NCBI RefSeq assembly: GCF_009914755.1
Contig: NC_060941.1
Length of the DNA: 64,000 nt
Strand: one strand, 5' to 3'
Source: the human T2T-CHM13v2.0 reference genome, Homo sapiens
In this document: piece by piece, positions 54,201 through 64,000 of the stretch
Layout of the letters: each line of letters begins with the position of its first letter
Numbering within the stretch: the stretch's first letter is position 1
Notes under the pieces: generated by a model
What the model saw: only the letters and a program-made list of their open reading frames with translations
The model's database searches: none
Told to the model about the DNA's origin: nothing
Program-made: the position numbers and the translations under genes

Positions 54201-57200
54201 GTGGAGTCTGCAAGTGGATATTTGGACCTATTTTGAAGATTTCGTTGGAAACGGGAGAATCTTCACAGGAAAGCTAAACAGAAGCATTCTCAGAAACTTC
54301 TTTGTGATGCTTGCATTCAACTCACAGAGTTGAACTTTCCTTTCGAGAGAGAAGCTTTGAAACACTCTTTTTCCAGAATCTGCAAGTGGACATTTGGAGG
54401 GCTTTGAGGCCTGTGGTGGAAAAGGAATTATCTTCCCGTAAAAGCTAGATAGAAGCATTCTCAGAAACTACTTTGTGATGATTGCATTCAAGTCACAGAG
54501 TTGAACATTCCCTTTGACAGAGCAGTTTGGAAACTCTCTTTGTGTAGAATCTGCAAGTGGAGATATGGACCGCTTTGAGGCCTATGGTAGTAAAGGAAAT
54601 AGCTTCATATAAAAGCTAGACAGTAGCATTCACAGAAAACTCTTGGTGACGACTGAGTTTAACTCACAGAGCTGAACATTCCTTTGGATGGAGCAGTTTC
54701 GAAACACACTATTTGTAGAATGTGCAAGTGGATATTTGGGCCTCTCTGAGGATTTCGTTGGAAACGGGATAAACCGCACAGAACTAAACAGAAGCATTCT
54801 CAGAACCTTCTTCGTGATGTTTGCATTCAACTCACAGTGTTGAACCTTTCTTTGATAGTTCAGGTTTGAAACGGTCTTTCTGTAGAAACTGCAAGTAGAT
54901 ATTTGGACCTCTCTGAGGATTTCGTTGGAAACGGGATAACCCGCACAGAACTAAAACAGAAGCATTCTCAGAACCCTCTTCGTGATGTTTGCATTCAACT
55001 CACAGTGCTGAACCTTTCTTTGATAGTTCAGCTTTGAAACACTCTTTTTGTAGAAACTGCAAGTGGATATTTGGTCCTCTCTGAGGATTTCGTTGGAAAC
55101 GGGATAAACTGCACAGAACTAAACAGAAGCATTCTCAGAACCTTCTTCGTGATGTCTGCATTCAACTCACAGTGTGGAACCTTTCTTTGATAGTTCAGGT
55201 TTGAAACACTCTTTTTGTAGAAACTGCAAGGGGATAATTGCACTCTTTGAGGAGTACCGTAGTAAAGGAAATAACTTCCTATAAAAAGAAGACAGAAGCT
55301 TTCTCAGAAAATTCTTTGGGATGATTGAGTTGAACTCACAGAGCTGAGCATTCCTTGCGATGTAGCAGTTTAGAAACACACTTTCTGCAGAATCTGCAAG
55401 TGCATATTTGGACCTCTGTGAGGAATTCGTTGGAAACGGGATAATTTCAGCTGACTAAACAGAAGCAGTCTCAGAATCTTCTTTGTGATGTTTGCATTCA
55501 AATCCCCGAGTTGAACTTTCCTTTCAAAGTTCACGTTTGAAACACTCTTTTTACAGGATCTACAAGTGGATATTTGGACCACTCTGTGTCCTTCGTTCGA
55601 AACGGGTATATCTTCACATGACATCTAGACAGAAGCATCCTCAGAAGCTTCTCTGTGATGACTGCATTCAACTCACGGAGTTGAACACTCCTTTTGAGAG
55701 CGCAGTTTTGAAACTCTCTTTCTGTGGCATCTGCAAGGGGACATGTAGACCTCTTTGAAGATTTCGTTGGAAACGGAATCATCTTCACATAAAAACTATA
55801 CAGATGCATTCTCAGGAACTTTTTGGTGATGTTTGTATTCAACTCCCAGAGTTGAACTTTCCTTTGGAAAGAGCAGCTATGAAACACGCTTTTTCTAGAA
55901 TCTGCAAGTGGACGTTTGGAGGGCTTTGTGGTTTGTGGTGGAAAAGGAAATATCTTCACCTAAATACTAGATAGAAGCATTCTCAGAAACTGCTTTGTGA
56001 TGATTGCATTCACCTCACAGAGTTGAACATTCCTATTGATAGAGCAGTTTGGAAACACTCTTGTTGTGGAATGTGCAAGTGGAGATTTGGAGCGCTTTGA
56101 GGCCTATGGTAGTAAAGGGAATAGCTTCATAGAAAAACTAGACAGAAGCATTCTCAGAAAATACTTTGTGATGATTGAGTTTAACTCACAGAGCTGAACA
56201 TTCCTTTGGATGGAGCAGGTTTGAGACACACCTTTTGTAGAATCTACAAGTGGATATTTGGACCTCTCTGAGGATTTCGTTGGAAACGGGATAACTGCAC
56301 CTAACTAAACGGAAGCATTCTCAGAAACTTCTTGGTGATGTTTGCATTCAAATCCCAGAGTTGAACCTTCCTTTGATAGTTCAGGTTTGAAACACTCTTT
56401 TTGTAGGATCTGCAAGTGGATATTTGGACCACTCTGTGGCCTTCGTTCGAAACGGGTATATCTTCGCATAAAATCTAGACAGAAGCCTTCTCAGAAACTT
56501 CTCTGTGATGATTGCATTCAACTCACAGAGTTGAACCCTCCTATGGATAGAGCAGTGTTGAAACTCTCTTTTTGTGGAATCTGCAAGTGGATATGTGGAC
56601 CTCTCCGAAGATGTCTTTGGAAACGGGAATATCTTCACATAAAAACTAAACAGAAGCATTCTCAGAAACTTCTCTGTGATGTTTGTGTTCAACTCCCAGA
56701 GTTTCACATTGCTTTTCATAGAGTAGTTCTGAAACATGCTTTTCGTAGTGTCTACAAGTGGACATTTGGAGCGCTTTCAGGCCTGTGGTGGAAAACGAAT
56801 TATGGTCACATAAAAACTGGAGAGAAGCATTGTCAGAAACTTCTTTGTGATGATTGCATTCAACTCACAGAGTTGAAGGTTCCTTTTCAAAGAGCAGTTT
56901 CCAATCACTCTTTGTGTGGAATCTGCAAGTGGATATTCGGACCTATTTTGAAGATTTCGTTGGAAACGGGAGAATCTTCACAGGAAAGCTAAACAGAAGC
57001 ATTCTCAGAAACTTCTTTGTGATGCTTGCATTCAACTCACAGAGTTGAACTTTCCTTTCGAGAGAGAAGCTTTGAAACACTCTTTTTCCAGAATCTGCAA
57101 GTGGACATTTGGAGGGCTTTGAGGCCTGTGGTGGAAAAGGAATTATCTTCCCGTAAAAGCTAGATAGAAGCATTCTCAGAAACTACTTTGTGATGATTGC

Positions 57201-60200
57201 ATTCAAGTCACAGAGTTGAACATTCCCTTTGACAGAGCAGTTTGGAAACTCTCTTTGTGTAGAATCTGCAAGTGGAGATATGGACCGCTTTGAGGCCTAT
57301 GGTAGTAAAGGAAATAGCTTCATATAAAAGCTAGACAGTAGCATTCACAGAAAACTCTTGGTGACGACTGAGTTTAACTCACAGAGCTGAACATTCCTTT
57401 GGATGGAGCAGTTTCGAAACACACTATTTGTAGAATGTGCAAGTGGATATTTGGGCCTCTCTGAGGATTTCGTTGGAAACGGGATAAACCGCACAGAACT
57501 AAACAGAAGCATTCTCAGAACCTTCTTCGTGATGTTTGCATTCAACTCACAGTGTTGAACCTTTCTTTGATAGTTCAGGTTTGAAACGGTCTTTCTGTAG
57601 AAACTGCAAGTAGATATTTGGACCGCTCTGAGGATTTCGTTGGAAACGGGATAACCCGCACAGAACTAAAACAGAAGCATTCTCAGAACCCTCTTCGTGA
57701 TGTTTGCATTCAACTCACAGTGCTGAACCTTTCTTTGATAGTTCAGCTTTGAAACACTCTTTTTGTAGAAACTGCAAGTGGATATTTGGTCCTCTCTGAG
57801 GATTTCGTTGGAAACGGGATAAACTGCACAGAACTAAACAGAAGCATTCTCAGAACCTTCTTCGTGATGTCTGCATTCAACTCACAGTGTGGAACCTTTC
57901 TTTGATAGTTCAGGTTTGAAACACTCTTTTTGTAGAAACTGCAAGGGGATAATTGCACTCTTTGAGGAGTACCGTAGTAAAGGACATAACTTCCTATAAA
58001 AAGAAGACAGAAGCTTTCTCAGAAAATTCTTTGGGATGATTGAGTTGAACTCACAGAGCTGAGCATTCCTTGCGATGTAGCAGTTTAGAAACACACTTTC
58101 TGCAGAATCTGCAAGTGCATATTTGGACCTCTGTGAGGAATTCGTTGGAAACGGGATAATTTCAGCTGACTAAACAGAAGCAGTCTCAGAATCTTCTTTG
58201 TGATGTTTGCATTCAAATCCCCGAGTTGAACTTTCCTTTCAAAGTTCACGTTTGAAACACTCTTTTTGCAGGATCTACAAGTGGATATTTGGACCACTCT
58301 GTGTCCTTCGTTCGAAACGGGTATATCTTCACATGACATCCAGACAGAAGCATCCTCAGAAGCTTCTCTGTGATGACTGCATTCAACTCACGGAGTTGAA
58401 CACTCCTTTTGAGAGCGCAGTTTTGAAACTCTCTTTCTGTGGCATCTGCAAGGGGACATGTAGACCTCTTTGAAGATTTCGTTGGAAACGGAATCATCTT
58501 CACATAAAAACTATACAGATGCATTCTCAGGAACTTTTTGGTGATGTTTGTATTCAACTCCCAGAGTTGAACTTTCCTTTGGAAAGAGCAGCTATGAAAC
58601 ACTCTTTTTCTAGAATCTGCAAGTGGACGTTTGGAGGGCTTTGTGGTTTGTGGTGGAAAAGGAAATATCTTCACCTAAATACTAGATAGAAGCATTCTCA
58701 GAAACTGCTTTGTGATGATTGCATTCACCTCACAGAGTTGAACATTCCTATTGATAGAGCAGTTTGGAAACACTCTTGTTGTGGAATGTGCAAGTGGAGA
58801 TTTGGAGCGCTTTGAGGCCTATGGTAGTAAAGGGAATAGCTTCATAGAAAAACTAGACAGAAGCATTCTCAGAAAATACTTTGTGATGATTGAGTTTAAC
58901 TCACAGAGCTGAACATTCCTTTGGATGGAGCAGGTTTGAGACACACCTTTTGTAGAATCTACAAGTGGATATTTGGACCTCTCTGAGGATTTCGTTGGAA
59001 ACGGGATAACTGCACCTAACTAAACGGAAGCATTCTCAGAAACTTCTTGGTGATGTTTGCATTCAAATCCCAGAGTTGAACCTTCCTTTGATAGTTCAGG
59101 TTTGAAACACTCTTTTTGTAGGATCTGCAAGTGGATATTTGGACCACTCTGTGGCCTTCGTTCGAAACGGGTATATCTTCGCATAAAATCTAGACAGAAG
59201 CCTTCTCAGAAACTTCTCTGTGATGATTGCATTCAACTCACAGAGTTGAACCCTCCTATGGATAGAGCAGTGTTGAAACTCTCTTTTTGTGGAATCTGCA
59301 AGTGGATATGTGGACCTCTCCGAAGATGTCTTTGGAAACGGGAATATCTTCACATAAAAACTAAACAGAAGCATTCTCAGAAACTTCTCTGTGATGTTTG
59401 TGTTCAACTCCCAGAGTTTCACATTGCTTTTCATAGAGTAGTTCTGAAACATGCTTTTCGTAGTGTCTACAAGTGGACATTTGGAGCGCTTTCAGGCCTG
59501 TGGTGGAAAACGAATTATGGTCACATAAAAACTGGAGAGAAGCATTGTCAGAAACTTCTTTGTGATGATTGCATTCAACTCACAGAGTTGAAGGTTCCTT
59601 TTCAAAGAGCAGTTTCCAATCGCTCTTTGTGTGGAATCTGCAAGTGGATATTCGGACCTATTTTGAAGATTTCGTTGGAAACGGGAGAATCTTCACAGGA
59701 AAGCTAAACAGAAGCATTCTCAGAAACTTCTTTGTGATGCTTGCATTCAACTCACAGAGTTGAACTTTCCTTTCGAGAGAGAAGCTTTGAAACACTCTTT
59801 TTCCAGAATCTGCAAGTGGACATTTGGAGGGCTTTGAGGCCTGTGGTGGAAAAGGAATTATCTTCCCGTAAAAGCTAGATAGAAGCATTCTCAGAAACTA
59901 CTTTGTGATGATTGCATTCAAGTCACAGAGTTGAACATTCCCTTTGACAGAGCAGTTTGGAAACTCTCTTTGTGTAGAATCTGCAAGTGGAGATATGGAC
60001 CGCTTTGAGGCCTATGGTAGTAAAGGAAATAGCTTCATATAAAAGCTAGACAGTAGCATTCACAGAAAACTCTTGGTGACGACTGAGTTTAACTCACAGA
60101 GCTGAACATTCCTTTGGATGGAGCAGTTTCGAAACACACTATTTGTAGAATGTGCAAGTGGATATTTGGGCCTCTCTGAGGATTTCGTTGGAAACGGGAT

Positions 60201-63200
60201 AAACCGCACAGAACTAAACAGAAGCATTCTCAGAACCTTCTTCGTGATGTTTGCATTCAACTCACAGTGTTGAACCTTTCTTTGATAGTTCAGGTTTGAA
60301 ACGGTCTTTCTGTAGAAACTGCAAGTAGATATTTGGACCTCTCTGAGGATTTCGTTGGAAACGGGATAACCCGCACAGAACTAAAACAGAAGCATTCTCA
60401 GAACCCTCTTCGTGATGTTTGCATTCAACTCACAGTGCTGAACCTTTCTTTGATAGTTCAGCTTTGAAACACTCTTTTTGTAGAAACTGCAAGTGGATAT
60501 TTGGTCCTCTCTGAGGATTTCGTTGGAAACGGGATAAACTGCACAGAACTAAACAGAAGCATTCTCAGAACCTTCTTCGTGATGTCTGCATTCAACTCAC
60601 AGTGTGGAACCTTTCTTTGATAGTTCAGGTTTGAAACACTCTTTTTGTAGAAACTGCAAGGGGATAATTGCACTCTTTGAGGAGTACCGTAGTAAAGGAA
60701 ATAACTTCCTATAAAAAGAAGACAGAAGCTTTCTCAGAAAATTCTTTGGGATGATTGAGTTGAACTCACAGAGCTGAGCATTCCTTGCGATGTAGCAGTT
60801 TAGAAACACACTTTCTGCAGAATCTGCAAGTGCATATTTGGACCTCTGTGAGGAATTCGTTGGAAACGGGATAATTTCAGCTGACTAAACAGAAGCAGTC
60901 TCAGAATCTTCTTTGTGATGTTTGCATTCAAATCCCCGAGTTGAACTTTCCTTTCAAAGTTCACGTTTGAAACACTCTTTTTGCAGGATCTACAAGTGGA
61001 TATTTGGACCACTCTGTGTCCTTCGTTCGAAACGGGTATATCTTCACATGACATCTAGACAGAAGCATCCTCAGAAGCTTCTCTGTGATGACTGCATTCA
61101 ACTCACGGAGTTGAACACTCCTTTTGAGAGCGCAGTTTTGAAACTCTCTTTCTGTGGCATCTGCAAGGGGACATGTAGACCTCTTTGAAGATTTCGTTGG
61201 AAACGGAATCATCTTCACATAAAAACTATACAGATGCATTCTCAGGAACTTTTTGGTGATGTTTGTATTCAACTCCCAGAGTTGAACTTTCCTTTGGAAA
61301 GAGCAGCTATGAAACACTGTTTTTCTAGAATCTGCAAGTGGACGTTTGGAGGGCTTTGTGGTTTGTGGTGGAAAAGGAAATATCTTCACCTAAATACTAG
61401 ATAGAAGCATTCTCAGAAACTGCTTTGTGATGATTGCATTCACCTCACAGAGTTGAACATTCCTATTGATAGAGCAGTTTGGAAACACTCTTGTTGTGGA
61501 ATGTGCAAGTGGAGATTTGGAGCGCTTTGAGGCCTATGGTAGTAAAGGGAATAGCTTCATAGAAAAACTAGACAGAAGCATTCTCAGAAAATACTTTGTG
61601 ATGATTGAGTTTAACTCACAGAGCTGAACATTCCTTTGGATGGAGCAGGTTTGAGACACACCTTTTGTAGAATCTACAAGTGGATATTTGGACCTCTCTG
61701 AGGATTTCGTTGGAAACGGGATAACTGCACCTAACTAAACGGAAGCATTCTCAGAAACTTCTTGGTGATGTTTGCATTCAAATCCCAGAGTTGAACCTTC
61801 CTTTGATAGTTCAGGTTTGAAACACTCTTTTTGTAGGATCTGCAAGTGGATATTTGGACCACTCTGTGGCCTTCGTTCGAAACGGGTATATCTTCGCATA
61901 AAATCTAGACAGAAGCCTTCTCAGAAACTTCTCTGTGATGATTGCATTCAACTCACAGAGTTGAACCCTCCTATGGATAGAGCAGTGTTGAAACTCTCTT
62001 TTTGTGGAATCTGCAAGTGGATATGTGGACCTCTCCGAAGATGTCTTTGGAAACGGGAATATCTTCACATAAAAACTAAACAGAAGCATTCTCAGAAACT
62101 TCTCTGTGATGTTTGTGTTCAACTCCCAGAGTTTCACATTGCTTTTCATAGAGTAGTTCTGAAACATGCTTTTCGTAGTGTCTACAAGTGGACATTTGGA
62201 GCGCTTTCAGGCCTGTGGTGGAAAACGAATTATGGTCACATAAAAACTGGAGAGAAGCATTGTCAGAAACTTCTTTGTGATGATTGCATTCAACTCACAG
62301 AGTTGAAGGTTCCTTTTCAAAGAGCAGTTTCCAATCACTCTTTGTGTGGAATCTGCAAGTGGATATTTGGACCTATTTTGAAGATTTCGTTGGAAACGGG
62401 AGAATCTTCACAGGAAAGCTAAACAGAAGCATTCTCAGAAACTTCTTTGTGATGCTTGCATTCAACTCACAGAGTTGAACTTTCCTTTCGAGAGAGAAGC
62501 TTTGAAACACTCTTTTTCCAGAATCTGCAAGTGGACATTTGGAGGGCTTTGAGGCCTGTGGTGGAAAAGGAATTATCTTCCCGTAAAAGCTAGATAGAAG
62601 CATTCTCAGAAACTACTTTGTGATGATTGCATTCAAGTCACAGAGTTGAACATTCCCTTTGACAGAGCAGTTTGGAAACTCTCTTTGTGTAGAATCTGCA
62701 AGTGGAGATATGGACCGCTTTGAGGCCTATGGTAGTAAAGGAAATAGCTTCATATAAAAGCTAGACAGTAGCATTCACAGAAAACTCTTGGTGACGACTG
62801 AGTTTAACTCACAGAGCTGAACATTCCTTTGGATGGAGCAGTTTCGAAACACACTATTTGTAGAATGTGCAAGTGGATATTTGGGCCTCTCTGAGGATTT
62901 CGTTGGAAACGGGATAAACCGCACAGAACTAAACAGAAGCATTCTCAGAACCTTCTTCGTGATGTTTGCATTCAACTCACAGTGTTGAACCTTTCTTTGA
63001 TAGTTCAGGTTTGAAACGGTCTTTCTGTAGAAACTGCAAGTAGATATTTGGACCTCTCTGAGGATTTCGTTGGAAACGGGATAACCCGCACAGAACTAAA
63101 ACAGAAGCATTCTCAGAACCCTCTTCGTGATGTTTGCATTCAACTCACAGTGCTGAAACTTTCTTTGATAGTTCAGCTTTGAAACACTCTTTTTGTAGAA

Positions 63201-64000
63201 ACTGCAAGTGGATATTTGGTGCTCTCTGAGCATTTCGTTGGAAACGGGATAAACTGCACAGAACTAAACAGAAGCATTCTCAGAACCTTCTTCGTGATGT
63301 CTGCATTCAACTCACAGTGTGGAACCTTTCTTTGATAGTTCAGGTTTGAAACACTCTTTTTGTAGAAACTGCAAGGGGATAATTGCACTCTTTGAGGAGT
63401 ACCGTAGTAAAGGAAATAACTTCCTATAAAAAGAAGACAGAAGCTTTCTCAGAAAATTCTTTGGGATGATTGAGTTGAACTCACAGAGCTGAGCATTCCT
63501 TGCGATGTAGCAGTTTAGAAACACACTTTCTGCAGAATCTGCAAGTGCATATTTGGACCTCTGTGAGGAATTCGTTGGAAACGGGATAATTTCAGCTGAC
63601 TAAACAGAAGCAGTCTCAGAATCTTCTTTGTGATGTTTGCATTCAAATCCCCGAGTTGAACTTTCCTTTCAAAGTTCACGTTTGAAACACTCTTTTTGCA
63701 GGATCTACAAGTGGATATTTGGACCACTCTGTGTCCTTCGTTCGAAACGGGTATATCTTCACATGACATCTAGACAGAAGCATCCTCAGAAGCTTCTCTG
63801 TGATGACTGCATTCAACTCACGGAGTTGAACACTCCTTTTGAGAGCGCAGTTTTGAAACTCTCTTTCTGTGGCATCTGCAAGGGGACATGTAGACCTCTT
63901 TGAAGATTTCGTTGGAAACGGAATCATCTTCACATAAAAACTATACAGATGCATTCTCAGGAACTTTTTGGTGATGTTTGTATTCAACTCCCAGAGTTGA
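51251..64000 (+). repeat. Four further full 16-mer HORs (U20-U23) plus a partial copy (U24, 62111-64000)
   Basis: Unit starts at 51251, 53966, 56681, 59396 and 62111. The 2715-bp period resumes after the 14-mer. Confidence 0.97.

Larger units (their letters stand above)
1..64000 (+). repeat. D17Z1: Alpha satellite higher-order repeat array, 16-mer 2715-bp HOR; most likely human chr17 centromeric D17Z1 (suprachromosomal family 3)
   Basis: Seen: ~170-bp monomers with alphoid hallmarks (CATTCTCAGAAACTTCTTTGTGATG, CATTCAACTCACAGAGTTGAAC, TTTCGTTGGAAACGGGA) and exact 2715-bp periodicity (ORFs recur at 174, 2889, 5604...). One GAATTC per unit. Established: D17Z1 is a ~2.7-kb EcoRI-defined 16-mer of pentameric ancestry with 15-, 14- and 13-mer variants. 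Alpha satellite identity is certain. The chr17 assignment is from recalled structure, not a database search. Confidence 0.95.

Noticed and set aside
174-63987. All other 64-142 aa ORFs on both strands
   Set aside because: They are overlapping translations of satellite monomers recurring at the HOR period, with no recognisable domain or gene structure. Point variants create stops freely (e.g. the 64-aa ORF is absent in U14/U17 and the 118-aa ORF in U8).
1-64000. CRISPR-like array (conserved 17-bp motif with intervening sequence)
   Set aside because: The motif is the CENP-B box. The intervening sequences are homologous monomers repeated every 2715 bp rather than unique spacers, and there are no cas genes.
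1-64000. Hidden insertion, L1/Alu element, inversion or foreign DNA
   Set aside because: Exact periodicity of unit starts and the ORF track leaves no room for an insertion, and all CENP-B boxes are on the same strand.
56681-64000. Apparent rise in private SNVs towards the right end (57625, 57985, 59622, 63158, 63221)
   Set aside because: U1, U3, U6 and U8 also carry two private SNVs each, and relatives of edge units may lie outside the window, so there is no evidence of an array-edge divergence gradient.

Overview
The whole 64 kb window is a single, uninterrupted, head-to-tail array of primate alpha satellite (~170 bp monomers). It is organised as a 16-monomer, 2715-bp higher-order repeat (HOR) with one EcoRI site per unit. 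HOR length, pentamer-derived (SF3, W1-W5) monomer order and an internal monomer triplication match the human chromosome 17 centromeric array D17Z1. Counting from position 1 there are 22 full 16-mers, one 14-mer deletion variant (48871-51250) and a partial unit (62111-64000). Each 16-mer carries 8 intact and 2 degenerate CENP-B boxes. I see no genes, transposons, inversions or small indels, and all listed ORFs are repeat artefacts. I found no new gene system. The non-trivial information lies in about 30 SNVs read by eye. They show 3-HOR (8145 bp) super-repeats, a central haplotype domain nested within another, a recent 1-HOR duplication, four-gamete evidence of exchange between HORs, and a 335-bp deletion with a breakpoint inside 15 bp of identity. 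Units are called U1-U24 and start at 1+2715(n-1) up to U19=48871, then at 51251, 53966, 56681, 59396 and 62111. 'Offset' means position within a unit.
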